A stretch of 64,000 nt of DNA from an uncultured Actinomycetes bacterium (GCA_963832225.1 CAWHTI010000001.1:197033-261032); one strand, 5' to 3'; counted from the first letter of the stretch, positions 1 through 14,715 are shown. Translations and numbers: made by a program. Notes: generated by a model from the letters alone, not told the origin.

Positions 1-173
1 TCGAACCACTGCTTTGGGTTCAGGGTCAGCCGTCCCCACAGCCGCGGCGTCGGATCGCCGAGCCTCGCGGTCACGAATGCCCGCGCGTACTCCCTCGCCG
101 TCATCCCGATCAGGAGCGACACGGCGAGGTATCCCGCGTAGCGCACACCCAGAGCCGTGAACGTCGCGAGCAT
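1..173 (-). CDS. Site-2 protease / peptidase M50 family membrane protein, N-terminal 57 codons only (runs off the window); HExxH motif replaced by RExxR
   Basis: Minus-strand ATG at 173, preceded by a G-run. The translation is MLATFTALGVRYAGYLAVSLLIGMTAREYARAFVTARLGDPTPRLWGRLTLNPKQWF. By eye it matches the xHExxHAxxAxxLGDxTAxxxGRLTLNPxxHxD N-terminus of COG1994/M50 proteins. It is absent from the ORF track because it has no stop inside the window. Confidence 0.5.
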   Translation of the reverse strand, partial: MLATFTALGVRYAGYLAVSLLIGMTAREYARAFVTARLGDPTPRLWGRLTLNPKQWF

Positions 174-181
174 CGATCCCC

Positions 182-1487
182 CTACCCGAGGTCCTCGTAC
201 ACGAGCGGTGGCGGCGCCACCGGCCCGTCGGTCAGCGTGAGCGAGGCCCGCACGGCGGCCGCGGCGTCCGCGGCCGCCTCCCGGGTCCGCGCGTGCACGG
301 CCCCGATCGGGGCGCCCACCTCCAGGCGGTCCCCGATCTTCGGCGTGCACACGATACCCACCGCCGGGTCGATCGGGTCGTCCTTGCGGAGCCGCCCCGC
401 CCCCAGGGCGGCCGCCGCCCGGCCGATCGCCTCGGCGTCCACGGCGGCGAGGGTCCCGGCGCGGTCGGCCTCGAGCGGCTCGATCACGGGCGCCCGCGGC
501 AGGACGCGGTCCGGGTCGTCCGCGACGCGCGGGTCGCCGCCCTGTGCCTCGACCATCGACCGGAACCGTTCCAGCGCGCTCCCCTCGGTGAGCGCCCGGC
601 CGGCCCGGGCGACCGCCTCGTCCGGATCCGATGCCCTCCACCCGGGCGAGCGCGTCGCCGGCCAGCCGCACCGCCAGCTCCCGCAGGCGTCCGCCTCCCT
701 CCCCGCGCAGGAGACGCACCGCCTCGGCAACGTCGAGCGCATTGCCGACCGCGTCGCCGAGCGGCTGCGACATGTCGGTGACGTGGGCGACGCACGGGCG
801 CCGCCAGCCACGGGCGAGGGCGAGGCAGGCCGTTGCGAGCTCCGTCGCGGCCTCGGCGGTCTTCATGAACGCGCCGGATCCGGCCTTCACGTCGAGGACG
901 ATCAGGTCGGTCTCGACCGCGAGCTTCTTCGACATCACGCTCGCCGCGATCAGCGGGATCGATTCGACCGTGGCGGTGGCGTCGCGCAGCGCGTACAGCC
1001 GCCCGTCCGCCGGCACGAGGTCGGCGGACTGGGCGGCCACGGCGCACCCGATCCGCTCGACCTGTGCCCGCAGCTCGTCCGGACGAAGATCGGTGCGCAG
1101 GCCCGGGATCGCCTCGAGCTTGTCCAGCGTGCCGCCCGTATGACCGAGCCCCCTGCCCGAGAGCTTCGCGACACCCAGGCCCAGGGCGGCGCCCAGCGGC
1201 GCGAACACCAGCGTGACACTGTCGGCCACACCGCCGGTCGAGTGTTTGTCGACGGTCGGCACGTCGAGGCCGGTGAAGTCCACCGTCACGCCCGAGTCCA
1301 CCATGGACCTGGTGAGCTCGAGGGTCTCGCCGGCGTCCAGACCGCGGATGCAGCAGGCCATCAGGAACGCGGCGGCGAGCGGGTCCGTGACGTCGCCCAG
1401 GGTGTATCCCTCGACGAAGGCCCGAACCTCAGGCGGAGCCAGGGTCTCGCCGTCGCGCTTCGCGGCCACGATCCGGCGCGGATCCAT
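182..1487 (-). CDS. deoA: Thymidine / pyrimidine-nucleoside phosphorylase, one apparent frameshift near 630-640
   Basis: My translation from ATG 1487 gives MDPRRIVAAKRDGETL..DKHSTGGVAD..SGRGLGHTGGTLDKLE..SIPLIAASVMSKK. The C-terminal part (ALERFRSMVEAQGGDPRV..PKIGDRLEVGAPIG) lies in ORF 182..811. The two frames only join with a 1-nt shift at ggcatcggatccggac. Confidence 0.85.
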
Positions 1488-1632
1488 CGGGGTCACGGTC
1501 ACGCCCTCCCGTCCGTGACCTGCACGATCGTTCGACCCTCACGCGAAGGTCGAGCGTCCACCTCTGAGGTCCGGCGGAGTCGGGAGCGGGCGACCCTCAC
1601 CCTCGACCCCACCCCGATGCACGCCCGGGCCG

Positions 1633-2823
1633 TCATCTCCGGCCCATCCCCAGCTCTGGTGCGAAGCTCGTCCCGAGGAGACCCTCGAGGTCCACGCCCA
1701 GGAGATCGGCCGCGGTCGCCCCGAGGTCGCCGAACCCGTCGCGCGTCCCGATCTCGTGGGGCCCGCCCTCCAGGCCGGCCGCCAGCAGCGGCGTGCGCTC
1801 GCGGGTGTGATCGGTGGAGGGGGTGGTCGGGTCGCAGCCGTGGTCGCCGGTGATGAGGAGCACGCCGCCGCCGAGGGCCGCGATCAGGTCCGGCAGACGC
1901 CGGTCGAAGGCCTCGATCGCCGCGGCGTACCCCGCGGCGTCGTTGCGGTGGCCGTATTTCGAGTCGAAGTCCACGAGGTTGGCAAAGACGAGGGCCGGCC
2001 CGGGCCGGCGCAGATACTCGAGGGTGAGATCGACGCCGTGGTCGTTCGTGTCGCTGTAGCGGCCCTCCGTGATCCCCTGCCCGCTGAAGATGTCCTGGAT
2101 CTTGCCGACCGCGTACACCGTCACGCCGGCCCCGACGGCGTGGTCGAGCACCGTGGGCCCCGGCGGCGGGACGGAGAAGTCCCGTCGCTCGGGGCTGCGT
2201 ACGAACGCGCCGGGCTCGCCTTCGAACGGCCGCGCGATCACGCGCCCCACCTCGTGCCCGCCGCTCAGCAACCTCCGCGCGACGCGGCACCACTCGTACA
2301 GCGTCGCGAGGGGAACGATCCGCCGGTGACAGGCCACCTGGAAGACCGAGTCGCCGCTCGTATACACGATCGGCCGGCCGGTCCTCAGATGCTCCTCCCC
2401 CAGCTCGGCGATGATCTCGGTGCCGCTCGCCGGCACGTTGCCGAGGATCGTGCGGCCGATCGCCGCCTCGAACGGCTCGATCACCTCCGGCGGGAACCCG
2501 TTCGGATACACCGGGAAGGGCCGGTCGAGCCGGATGCCCATCATCTCCCAGTGCCCGGTGGTGGTGTCCTTGCCGGCGCTGCGCTCGGTCGCGCGTCCGG
2601 CGGCGGTCCCTGCGGACGCCGTCGCCGCCACGCCGCGGATCCGCGTCAGCGTGCCCAGGCCGAGCGCCTCGAGGTTCGGCGCCGTGAGGCCGCCGACGGC
2701 GTCGGCGGTGTGCGCCAGCGTGTCGGCTCCCTCGTCCCCATACGCGGCCGCGTCCGGCGCGTCGCCGACGCCCCACGAGTCGCAGACCACCACGAGGACC
2801 CGGGGCACGAGCGCGCCGCTCAC
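1633..2823 (-). CDS. deoB: Phosphopentomutase
   Basis: C-terminal 396 aa of ORF 1633..3276: [55 protein letters not shown]. The GTG start at 2823 overlaps the xerD stop (GTGA). Confidence 0.9.
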   Translation of the reverse strand: MSGALVPRVLVVVCDSWGVGDAPDAAAYGDEGADTLAHTADAVGGLTAPNLEALGLGTLTRIRGVAATASAGTAAGRATERSAGKDTTTGHWEMMGIRLDRPFPVYPNGFPPEVIEPFEAAIGRTILGNVPASGTEIIAELGEEHLRTGRPIVYTSGDSVFQVACHRRIVPLATLYEWCRVARRLLSGGHEVGRVIARPFEGEPGAFVRSPERRDFSVPPPGPTVLDHAVGAGVTVYAVGKIQDIFSGQGITEGRYSDTNDHGVDLTLEYLRRPGPALVFANLVDFDSKYGHRNDAAGYAAAIEAFDRRLPDLIAALGGGVLLITGDHGCDPTTPSTDHTRERTPLLAAGLEGGPHEIGTRDGFGDLGATAADLLGVDLEGLLGTSFAPELGMGRR

Positions 2824-3787
2824 GCCGTCCCCGCTCGCCGGGTCGGACGGCGCGCCCGTGGATGGGCGGTGAAGTAGACCTCCCGCAGATGCTCCTTCGT
2901 GACGAGGGTGTAGATCTGGGTGGTAGCGACGCTCGCGTGCCCGAGCAGCTCCTGGACCACCCGCACGTCGGCGCCGCCCTCGAGCAGATGCGTGGCGAAC
3001 GAGTGTCGGAGCGTGTGGGGCGTCACGCGCCTGCGGATCCCGGCGGCGTGCACGTGACGTGCGACGAGATCCGAGACCCCTTGGCGCGTCAGGCGCCCGC
3101 CGCGCTGGTTCAGGAAGAGCGCCGCGCGGCTGCGGGTGGTCGCGAACCCCGGCCGCGCCGAGCGCGAGGTAGGCGGACACCGCCTCCCGCGCGTACCGTC
3201 CGACCGGGACGTCGCGCTCCTTCCCGCCCTTGCCGAGGACGCGCACGCTCCCCTCCTCCAGTTCCACATCGTCCACGTCCAGGCCGGTGAGCTCGGAGAT
3301 CCGCAGCCCCGCGCCGTAGAGCAGTTCGAGGATCGCCCGATCCCGCCGGCCCGACCGGTCGCGCGTCCGGCGCCTCGAGCAGCCGGGTCACCTCATCCAC
3401 CGACAACGGGCGCGGCAGCGACCGCGGGAGCTTCGGCGTGACGATCCCCACCGTGGGGTCGTGGTCGGTGACGCCCTCGCGCAGCTCGAACCGGTGGAAG
3501 GAGCGCACCGCCGAGAGCATCCGGGCGATCGACGCCGGACGGTACAGCAGGCCGTCGTCATGCGTGGACGAGGTGAGCTGCACGACGTAGGCGCCGACCG
3601 CCTCGTCGGTGACGCCCGGCACGTCCTGGATCCCCCACGACGGCAGGAACGACACGTACCGGCGCAGGTCGCGACGGTACGCCTCCACGGTATTGCCGGA
3701 CAGGCCGCGCTCCACGGCGAGATGGTCGAGGAATCGATCGGCGTCGGAGCGCAGCGCGTTCGTGCCGGACACCGCGACCCCCGTCAC
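2820..3787 (-). CDS. xerD: Tyrosine recombinase XerD, two apparent frameshifts (about 3160 and 3365)
   Basis: Three frame pieces join into one protein: ..[28 protein letters not shown].., then [47 protein letters not shown], then [54 protein letters not shown]. The GTG start at 3787 overlaps the ald stop. Confidence 0.85.
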
Positions 3788-4908
3788 GCCGCTCCGTCGA
3801 TCAGGGCGGCGATCGCGGTGAACGGCATGCCGTGGGCTTCGGCCACGCCCAGGTTCGTGATCTGTCCCTCGTACACATTCACCCCCGCCGCGAGCGCCGG
3901 ATCGGCGCGGACCGCGCCCTCCAGTCCACGCTCGGCGATCGCGGCGACGTACGGAAGCGTCACGTTCGTGAGGGCGTAGGTGGAGGTCCGGGGCACGGCG
4001 CCCGGCATGTTGCCGACGCAGTAGTGCACGACGTCGTGCATCACGAACGTCGGCTCGGAGTGTGTCGTCACGTGCGAGGTGGCGAAACAGCCGCCCTGAT
4101 CGATCGAGATGTCGACGAGCACCGCGCCCGGCCGCATCCGCGAGACCAGGTCCTCGCTCACCAGGTGCGGCGCCTTCGCGCCGGGGACCAGGACGGCCCC
4201 GACGACGAGATCGGCGTCCAGCACGAGCCGCTCGATCGCCAGCGCCGAGGACGACACCGTCTGGATCCGGCCCCGCTGGATCTGGTCGACGAAGCGGAGG
4301 CGGTCGACGTTCGTGTCGACGATCGTGACCTCGGCCTCCATCCCGGCCGCGATCCACGCCGCATTCGTGCCGGCCATGCCGGCGCCCAGGACCACCACGC
4401 GTGCCGGCGCCACGCCCGCGGCGCCTCCCATCAGGACGCCCCGGCCGCCGTGCGGACGCTCCAGGTTCGTCGCTCCCGCGTGCGGGGCCATGCGGCCGGC
4501 GATCTCGCTCATGGGGGCCAACAGCGGCAGCCGACCGTCGGCCGTCTGCACCGTCTCGTAGGCGACCGCGGCCACCCGGCGCTCCGCGAGGAACCGCGTC
4601 AGGGCCTCGTCGGCGGCCAGGTGCAGGAAGGTGAGGAGGACCTGACCGGTGCGGAAGCGCGGGAACTCCTGGGGCTGTGGCTCCTTGACCTTCACGATCA
4701 GCTCGGCCTCCGCGAAGACGGCGTCCGCGTCGGGCGCGATCTCGGCGCCGGCGGCGGTGAACTGCGCGTCCGGCAGCGCCGACCCCGTTCCGGCCGTGGC
4801 CTGTACCAGCACGCGGTGACCGGCGGCGATCAGCTCCCGGACGCCCTCGGGCGTGGCCGCCACCCGATACTCGTTGTCCTTCACTTCCTTCGGGATGCCG
4901 ACGATCAC
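3784..4908 (-). CDS. ald: Alanine dehydrogenase
   Basis: Intact 374-aa ORF: MIVGIPKEVKDNEYRVAATPEGV..VVVLGAGMAGTNAA..VDISIDQGGCFATSH. Confidence 0.95.
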   Translation of the reverse strand: MIVGIPKEVKDNEYRVAATPEGVRELIAAGHRVLVQATAGTGSALPDAQFTAAGAEIAPDADAVFAEAELIVKVKEPQPQEFPRFRTGQVLLTFLHLAADEALTRFLAERRVAAVAYETVQTADGRLPLLAPMSEIAGRMAPHAGATNLERPHGGRGVLMGGAAGVAPARVVVLGAGMAGTNAAWIAAGMEAEVTIVDTNVDRLRFVDQIQRGRIQTVSSSALAIERLVLDADLVVGAVLVPGAKAPHLVSEDLVSRMRPGAVLVDISIDQGGCFATSHVTTHSEPTFVMHDVVHYCVGNMPGAVPRTSTYALTNVTLPYVAAIAERGLEGAVRADPALAAGVNVYEGQITNLGVAEAHGMPFTAIAALIDGAA

Positions 4909-4975
4909 GCGAGCGCCCTCCCCATCTCGGGTCCGCCGAAGCCTACCCCGCAGTGGTCCCGGTGAACGGTGGTCG

Positions 4976-5011
4976 GCTCAGACGACCGGTGACCCGCTCA
5001 GACGACCGGTG
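4976..5011. repeat. 16-nt direct repeat gctcagacgaccggtg, two copies 20 nt apart, at the 3' end of the nudix gene
   Basis: Copies at 4976-4991 and 4996-5011. Each copy supplies a PVV-stop ending, one in each of two reading frames. Confidence 0.8.
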
Positions 5012-5460
5012 GCCGCGCCGCCGCCATCAGCAGCGCGAGCGCGGTCTTCACGTCGCGCACCCGCCCCGCGCGCGGCGGCCTCGATCATGCGTTCGAGCGG
5101 CTCGCGCACCAGCGTGATGCCCGCCTCCGGCGGCGCCTCGGGGTCGGCGGCCGCGCGGGCGAGGAACAGATGGACGTACTCGTCGGTGAAGCCTGCCGAC
5201 GAGTAGTAGCCGCCCAGGAACTCGATCGTCTCGTGCCGGTGGCCGGTCTCCTCGAACAGCTCGCGGCCGGCGCACGTGAGGGCGTCCTCGCCCTCGACGT
5301 CGAGGATGCCGGCCGGGATCTCGGTGAGCGTGCGCCGGATCGCGGGACGGAACTGCCGCACGAGCAGCGCCTCGCCGGTCGGCAGGATCGGCAGCACGCC
5401 GGCGGCGCCACGGTGGCGGACGATCTCCTGGTCGCCGTCGAGTTCCGGCCACGTCTCCAC
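4978..5460 (-). CDS. NUDIX hydrolase (ADP-ribose pyrophosphatase-like), apparent C-terminal frameshift near 5062; start unresolved
   Basis: ORF 4978..5460 contains a Nudix box-like stretch: EIPAGILDVEGEDALTCAGRELFEETG. The conserved tail VRDVKTALALLMAAARPPVV-stop is in another frame and ends at 4998. There is no ATG/GTG/TTG upstream of the GTG at 5460, although the homologous N-terminus (RGSFLAVDVE) continues upstream. Confidence 0.75.
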   Translation of the reverse strand: METWPELDGDQEIVRHRGAAGVLPILPTGEALLVRQFRPAIRRTLTEIPAGILDVEGEDALTCAGRELFEETGHRHETIEFLGGYYSSAGFTDEYVHLFLARAAADPEAPPEAGITLVREPLERMIEAAARGAGARREDRARAADGGGAATGRLSGSPVV

Positions 5461-5526
5461 GTCGACGGCGAGGAACGAGCCGCGGGAACGGTCCTCGTGA
5501 GGAGGCCGGGCGCGCCTCGTCCGCCG

Positions 5527-9623
<4,097 letters not shown>

Positions 9624-9627
<4 letters not shown>

Positions 9628-10832
9628 AGCAGCTCCCGGAGGTCGAACAACGCCTGCCGGATCTGCTCGAAGAGCTGGTCGAAGTACAGACGGAGCGGGG
9701 GCGAGATCAGGACCACGACGAGCATCGCGAACAGCGCCGATCCCACCAGCAGCAGCGCGTCCCGTGCCCGGAACGTGCGGCCACCGTAGACCCGCGACAC
9801 GCCCTTCGCGTCCATCAGGATCTCCCCCACACGCAGCCGGACCAGGAACGTGCTGGACATCCCGTCGCGCCCCTTGTCCAGGAACTCGCGCAGGTTGCCG
9901 TGCGAGCCGACCGCGACGATCAGCTCGGCTCGCCGCTCGTGCGCCAGCAGGAAGGCGAGATCCTCGCTGGTGCCGACGGCCTTCACGACCTTCGACGGCA
10001 CGCCGAGCGCCTCGAGCCGTTCGTGGCCGGGCGCCCGCCCGTCGGGGTAGGCGTGCACGATCAGCTCGGTGGGGTGCCGCGTACGGCGGGCCAGCAGGAG
10101 CGCGCGGTCCGAGACGCTGTCCATGTCGCCCACGATGAGGTCGGGACGGTAGCCCTCGTCCAGCAGCGCGTCGGCGCCGCCGTCCACGCCGACGAGCACC
10201 GGCCGCACGTCCCGGATGTAGCCGCGGAGGGCCGCGAGGTCCTCCCGGTAGTCGTAGCCCCGCATGACCACGAGCACCGGCCGCCCGTCCAGATCGTGAT
10301 CGAGCTCGGGGAGGCCGGCACCGCCGAACAGGAGGTCCCGCTCCTCGTGCATGTACTCGAGCGTGTTGCGGGCGAAGCTCTCGAACCGGTCGCCGAGCGC
10401 GTCCTTGGCGGCGTCCATCGCGTGCAGGATCGAGTCGGCGGTCTGCCGGAGCCCGACCGCGGCGAGCCGGTCACCGGCCCAGATCCGGTCGCCGTCGAGG
10501 CGCAGCCGCTCGCCCTCCCGCACCTTGTCCATCAGCAGCGGTCCGACGGTGTCGATCAGCGGCACGCCGGCCTCGGCCAGGATCAGCGGTCCGAGGTTCG
10601 GATATCGCCCGCTGATGGACGCGGCGGCGTTCACCACCCCGCCGACGCCGGCGTCCACGAGCGCCTCGGCGGCGACGCGGTCGAGGTCCTCGTGATCGAT
10701 CACCGCGACGTCGCCCGGACGAAGGCGACCCACGAGGTCCTTCGTGCGCCGATCCACACGCGCCACGCCCTCCTGCGGGCGGCGCCGCAGCGGGTTGTGG
10801 AACCGACCGGTACGTGGCTTCGTGACGGACAA
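9624..10832 (-). CDS. steA: Cytokinetic ring-associated protein SteA (thiamine pyrophosphokinase-like domain)
   Basis: Intact 402-aa ORF, TTG start with GGAGG upstream: ARVDRRTKDLVGRLRPGDVAVIDHEDLDRVAAEAL..PDLIVGDMDSVS. It has a C-terminal TM helix. Its position between recN and the mctB-like gene matches mycobacteria (Rv1697). Confidence 0.8.
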
Positions 10833-10970
10833 AACGGAGACCTCCGGGGAACGGCCGCGCAGCCCACGCGGACCTTCGCGACCTTGGGCGACCTTGGGAG
10901 TCGATCCTGCTCGAGAGCCTATCGAACCGTCGGATCGCGGGGGCCGCCGGGGACGGGCCCGGGCCGAACC

Positions 10971-12617
10971 TCAGCGAGCGGCTCGCGCGCGCCCGGCCTC
11001 CCGGAGCAGCTCCTCGGCGTGGGAGGCCGCCCCTTCGCTGCCGGGCAGCCCGGCGAGCATCCGCGCCAGCTCCTCGACGCGCTCGGCGTCCCGGAGGATG
11101 CGGACGGTGGCGGTGCCCGACGTCTTCGTAACGCGGAACTGGCGGTCCGCGAAGCAGGCGATCTGCGGCAGGTGCGTCACGACGACCACCTGCCGGTCCT
11201 CCGCGAGGCGTGCGAGCCGGCGGCCGACCGCGAGTCCGGCGCGACCGCCGATCCCCGCGTCCACCTCGTCGAACACCAGCGTGGGCACGGCGTCGAGATC
11301 GGCCATCACGCTGCGGCAGGCGAGCATGGTGCGGGAGAGCTCCCCGCCCGACGCCGCCTTCGCGAGCGGCAGCGGGGGCTGCCCCGGCCCCGCCGCCAGG
11401 AGGAGCTCCACCCGCTCGGCGCCACCCGGGCCGGCCTCGTCGAGGGGGACCGGCGCCATCCCGATGGTGGCGCCCTCCATCCCGAGCTCCTGCACCTCCG
11501 CCTGGATCGAAGCCGCGAGGGCCGGCGCGGCGGCGGCCCGCCCCGCCGTCACGACCGCCGCACGATCGGCTGCCGCCGCGGCGCGCTCCTCGACGACCAG
11601 CTCGAGCGCCGCCCGCCGGTCGTCGGCCCCGGCGAGGCTCTCCAGCCGGGCCGACGCCTGCGCCAGATAGCCCAGCACCTCCTCCTCGGTGGCGCCGTAC
11701 TTCTTCTCCAGGGCCGCGAGCGCGTGCACCCGGGTCCGGATCTCGTCCAGGCGGGCCGGATCGGCCTGGAGCGCCTCGCGATAGGCACGCACGTCGCGGG
11801 CGAGCTCCGTGGCGTCGGCCGTGAGCCCCGCGGCCCGGTCGCCCAGGTCGCGCGCCTCCGGGTCCAGGCCGGCGGCATCGGCGAGGGCCGCGGCCATCTT
11901 CGCCGTGGCGTCGGTGAGCCCGTCGTCGTCAGCGAGCGCGCCGAGCGCCTCGTCCGTGCGTGCGAGGAGCCGCTCGACGTGCGCGAGCCGGCCCTCCTCC
12001 GCCTGGAGCCGGTCGCGCTCACCGGGAACCGGCCCGACGCCCTCGATCTCGCGCACCTGATACGCGAGCAGGTCGAGCTCCCGTTCGCGGTCCCGCGCGG
12101 CGATGGAGAGCAGCGCGAGCTCCTCGCGCGCCGACCGCAGCCCGTCGTAGGCCTCGCGGTAGGAGGCGAGCGCCCCCAGGTGCCCCTCCCCGGCGAACCG
12201 GTCGCAGAACGCGGTCTGCGTGGCGGCCGAGAGCAGCCGCTGTGCCTGATGCTGGCCGTGCACCTCCACCAGGTCGGCGCCGAGCGCCGCGAGCGCCGAC
12301 GCCGTGGCGATCTGCCCGCCGATCCGCGCGGAGCCCCGGCCCTCCGCGGGGACGGTCCGAGCCATGACGACCTCGCCGTCCTCGGCCCAGTCGCCGGCGG
12401 CGGGTCCGGCGTCGAAGCGAGCCTGCACGCGCGCCGCCGTGGCGCCGGCGCGCACGAGCGTGGGCGCGGCCCGCCCCCCGAGGGCGAGCGCGAGGCCCAC
12501 GGTGACCATGGTCTTGCCGGCGCCGGTCTCCCCCGTCAGCACGTTCAGGCCCGGATGGAACGCGAGGTCGAGGTCGTCGATCACCCCGAGGCCGGTGATG
12601 TGGAGCTCCCGGAGCAT
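10971..12617 (-). CDS. recN: DNA repair protein RecN
   Basis: MLRELHITGLGVIDDLDLAFHPGLNVLTGETGAGKTM..ASGGELSRTMLA..LVFDEVDAGIGG. Intact. ATG at 12617, chosen inside ORF 10971..12704. Confidence 0.95.
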   Translation of the reverse strand: MLRELHITGLGVIDDLDLAFHPGLNVLTGETGAGKTMVTVGLALALGGRAAPTLVRAGATAARVQARFDAGPAAGDWAEDGEVVMARTVPAEGRGSARIGGQIATASALAALGADLVEVHGQHQAQRLLSAATQTAFCDRFAGEGHLGALASYREAYDGLRSAREELALLSIAARDRERELDLLAYQVREIEGVGPVPGERDRLQAEEGRLAHVERLLARTDEALGALADDDGLTDATAKMAAALADAAGLDPEARDLGDRAAGLTADATELARDVRAYREALQADPARLDEIRTRVHALAALEKKYGATEEEVLGYLAQASARLESLAGADDRRAALELVVEERAAAAADRAAVVTAGRAAAAPALAASIQAEVQELGMEGATIGMAPVPLDEAGPGGAERVELLLAAGPGQPPLPLAKAASGGELSRTMLACRSVMADLDAVPTLVFDEVDAGIGGRAGLAVGRRLARLAEDRQVVVVTHLPQIACFADRQFRVTKTSGTATVRILRDAERVEELARMLAGLPGSEGAASHAEELLREAGRARAAR

Positions 12618-12627
12618 GCCGCGCAGC

Positions 12628-13464
12628 CTAGCGGGAGACGCCGACATCGGAGGCTCCGGGCAGGCCGAACTTCTCGCGGACCAGCGTGAGGAAGCCCGGC
12701 GCACCGTCGCGGCGCACCAACCGGGCCGGACGCGAGGAGGCCCGGATCCGGATCCGGGACCCGATCGGCAGCTCCAGGCTCTCGCGTCCGTCCGCCGAGA
12801 GCAGGCCCGGCTCGTCGCCCCGGACCTCGAGCGTGACCTGCTGCCCGGCGTCCAGCACGAAGGACCGATCGAAGACCATGTGCGCCGCGATCGGGGTGAG
12901 GACCAGACACTCCACGCCGGGCGCCACGATCGGTCCTCGAGCGGAGAACGAGTAGGCCGTGGATCCGGTCGGCGTCGCCACGATCACGCCGTCGGCGGAG
13001 AACGTGGTGACGTAGTCGCCGTCCACCCAGACCGCGAGCCGGACCAGGCGATGGCGGGCCCGCTTCTCCACCATGATCTCGTTCAGCGCCCACTGCGCCT
13101 CGAACCCGTCACCCCGCTCCGGCTCCGCCGTCACCGCGAGGCGTTCCTCCACCCGCGCTGCGCCGGACAGGACCGCCCGGATCAGCGGCTCGGCCTCCTC
13201 CGGACCCACCTCCGTCAGGAAGCCCATGCGACCGACCTTCACGCCGAGGACGGGTGCGTCGGCGACCGCGGCGACGTGCGCGGCCCGCAGGAACGTGCCG
13301 TCGCCGCCCACCGAGATCACCAGGCCGGGACGCTCGGACGCGTCCTCCGACTCGCGGACGCGGTACGCCTCCGCGCCCGCAGAGGCGAGGATCGACTCGA
13401 CGTCGGCGGCCGCGGCCACGGCGGCCGGCCGCCCCTCGTGCACGACCAGGGCGACGCGCGTCAC
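12628..13464 (-). CDS. nadK: NAD kinase
   Basis: LVISVGGDGTFLRAA..GVKVGRMGFLTE..TPTGSTAYSFSARGPIV. The GTG at 13464 overlaps the tlyA stop. Confidence 0.9.
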   Translation of the reverse strand: MTRVALVVHEGRPAAVAAAADVESILASAGAEAYRVRESEDASERPGLVISVGGDGTFLRAAHVAAVADAPVLGVKVGRMGFLTEVGPEEAEPLIRAVLSGAARVEERLAVTAEPERGDGFEAQWALNEIMVEKRARHRLVRLAVWVDGDYVTTFSADGVIVATPTGSTAYSFSARGPIVAPGVECLVLTPIAAHMVFDRSFVLDAGQQVTLEVRGDEPGLLSADGRESLELPIGSRIRIRASSRPARLVRRDGAPGFLTLVREKFGLPGASDVGVSR

Positions 13465-14246
13465 GTCGCGTCCCTGATCGCGATCGCGCCGGGCTCCGCG
13501 ACCGCGGCCGCCGCCCCACGCCGCGCGTGCAGGAGGAACTCCACGTTGCCGGCGGCGCCGGGGATCGGCGAGCTCATGACCGCGAGCGTACCGGCACCGA
13601 CCCCCGCGGCGGCGGAGGCGACGCGCTCGATCGCGTCGCGGCGTACCCGCGGATCGCGGACCACCCCGCCCTCCGGGACGGATCCGGCGGGGGCCTCGAA
13701 CTGCGGCTTCACCAGCAGCACGAGGTCGGCGCCCTCGCCGGCCAGCGCCACGAGCCGGGGGACGATCCCGGCGAGCCCCGTGAAGGACAGATCGGCCACG
13801 ACGAGCGACGGGACGAACGGCAGCGCCGACGGATCCAGGGTGCGCACGTTCGTCCGCTCCATCGCGTGCACCCGGGCGTCGGTGCGCAGGGCCCACGCGA
13901 GCTGTCCGTAGCCGACGTCGACGGCGATGACGCGGGCGACGCCGGCCAGCAGGAGGCAGTCGGTGAACCCTCCGGTGGAGGCGCCCGCGTCGAGCGCGTC
14001 CCGCCCGCTCGGGTCGACGTCGAATCGCTCGAGGGCTGCCGCGAGCTTCTCCCCACCCCGCGAGACGAAACGCGCGGGCAGGGGCCCGACGTGAACGGGC
14101 TCGTCGGGGGCGACGAGGGCCGCTGCGTTGCCGGCGGGGCCGCCCGACACCGTCACCAGCCCGGCGGTCACTGCGGCTCGGGCCTCCGCGGTGTCGGCGG
14201 CCAGTCCCCGGCGCACGAGCTCGGCGTCGAGACGCCGGCGCGGCAC
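13461..14246 (-). CDS. tlyA: TlyA-family rRNA (cytidine-2'-O)-methyltransferase
   Basis: Intact 261-aa ORF: RLDAELVRRGLA (S4-like), FVSRGGEKLAAAL, LDAGASTGGFTDCLL, VKPQFE. Confidence 0.9.
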   Translation of the reverse strand: MPRRRLDAELVRRGLAADTAEARAAVTAGLVTVSGGPAGNAAALVAPDEPVHVGPLPARFVSRGGEKLAAALERFDVDPSGRDALDAGASTGGFTDCLLLAGVARVIAVDVGYGQLAWALRTDARVHAMERTNVRTLDPSALPFVPSLVVADLSFTGLAGIVPRLVALAGEGADLVLLVKPQFEAPAGSVPEGGVVRDPRVRRDAIERVASAAAGVGAGTLAVMSSPIPGAAGNVEFLLHARRGAAAAVAEPGAIAIRDAT

Positions 14247-14250
14247 CGTC

Positions 14251-14634
14251 TCAGGAGCTCGCGGACCGCGACGAGCTCGACGTCCGCTTCGCGGCGGTCT
14301 TCTTGCGCGGAGCGGCGGTCTTCGCTCCCGACGAACGGCCGGCGGCGCCGACGCCCGTGGCCCGCTCGAGGTCGCGCACCCGCCGCTTCAGGGCGTCCAG
14401 GTCCTTCTGCGTGGCGCCTCCCATGTTCTTCATCTGAGCGGTGACCTCGCGCGAGATCAGCTCCTTGATGCGGTTGCGATTGCGCTGCGCGGTCTCCACC
14501 AGATCGCCGGCCAGCTTCTGCGCCTGCTCCCGCCGATCCTCGCCGACCAGTCCCTTCGCCAACTCCTGGGCCTTCGCCGGGGACATCTTCTCGAACACGG
14601 TATCGAGCAACTTGCGCACGTCGTCGGCGTTCAT
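14251..14634 (-). CDS. Phasin-like / PHA synthesis regulator family small protein with a basic C-terminal tail
   Basis: MNADDVRKLLDTVFEKMSPAKAQELAKGLVG..TQKDLDALKRRVRDLE. Internal ATG of ORF 14251..14664. Confidence 0.5.
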   Translation of the reverse strand: MNADDVRKLLDTVFEKMSPAKAQELAKGLVGEDRREQAQKLAGDLVETAQRNRNRIKELISREVTAQMKNMGGATQKDLDALKRRVRDLERATGVGAAGRSSGAKTAAPRKKTAAKRTSSSSRSASS

Positions 14635-14715
14635 CGCGGTTCCTTCCGGTGGGAGATGTTGCATCAGGATACCTCCGCGCCAGGCTCGGCCTTCGGCGGC
14701 CCTCCCGGGCGGTCC

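Noticed and set aside
2820-3787. Tyrosine recombinase as a marker of an integrated mobile element
   Set aside because: The sequence has XerD-type motifs and sits in the conserved pyrG-nudix-ald-xerD housekeeping neighbourhood. There are no flanking att-like repeats, tRNA gene or phage/IS genes. It is a chromosome dimer resolution recombinase, not an integrase.
10871-10900. Three GACCTT motifs at 10-nt spacing (gaccttcgcg accttgggcg accttgggag) upstream of steA
   Set aside because: It could be an operator with helical phasing. But the motif is only 6-9 nt and is present once in the window, with no palindromic partner. I cannot separate it from chance or a small slippage duplication without comparative data.
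13461-14246. TlyA 'hemolysin' as a virulence factor
   Set aside because: It has the S4 domain plus FtsJ-like methyltransferase motifs and sits in the conserved tlyA-nadK-recN context. That fits the rRNA 2'-O-methyltransferase role. The sequence gives no support for a toxin call.
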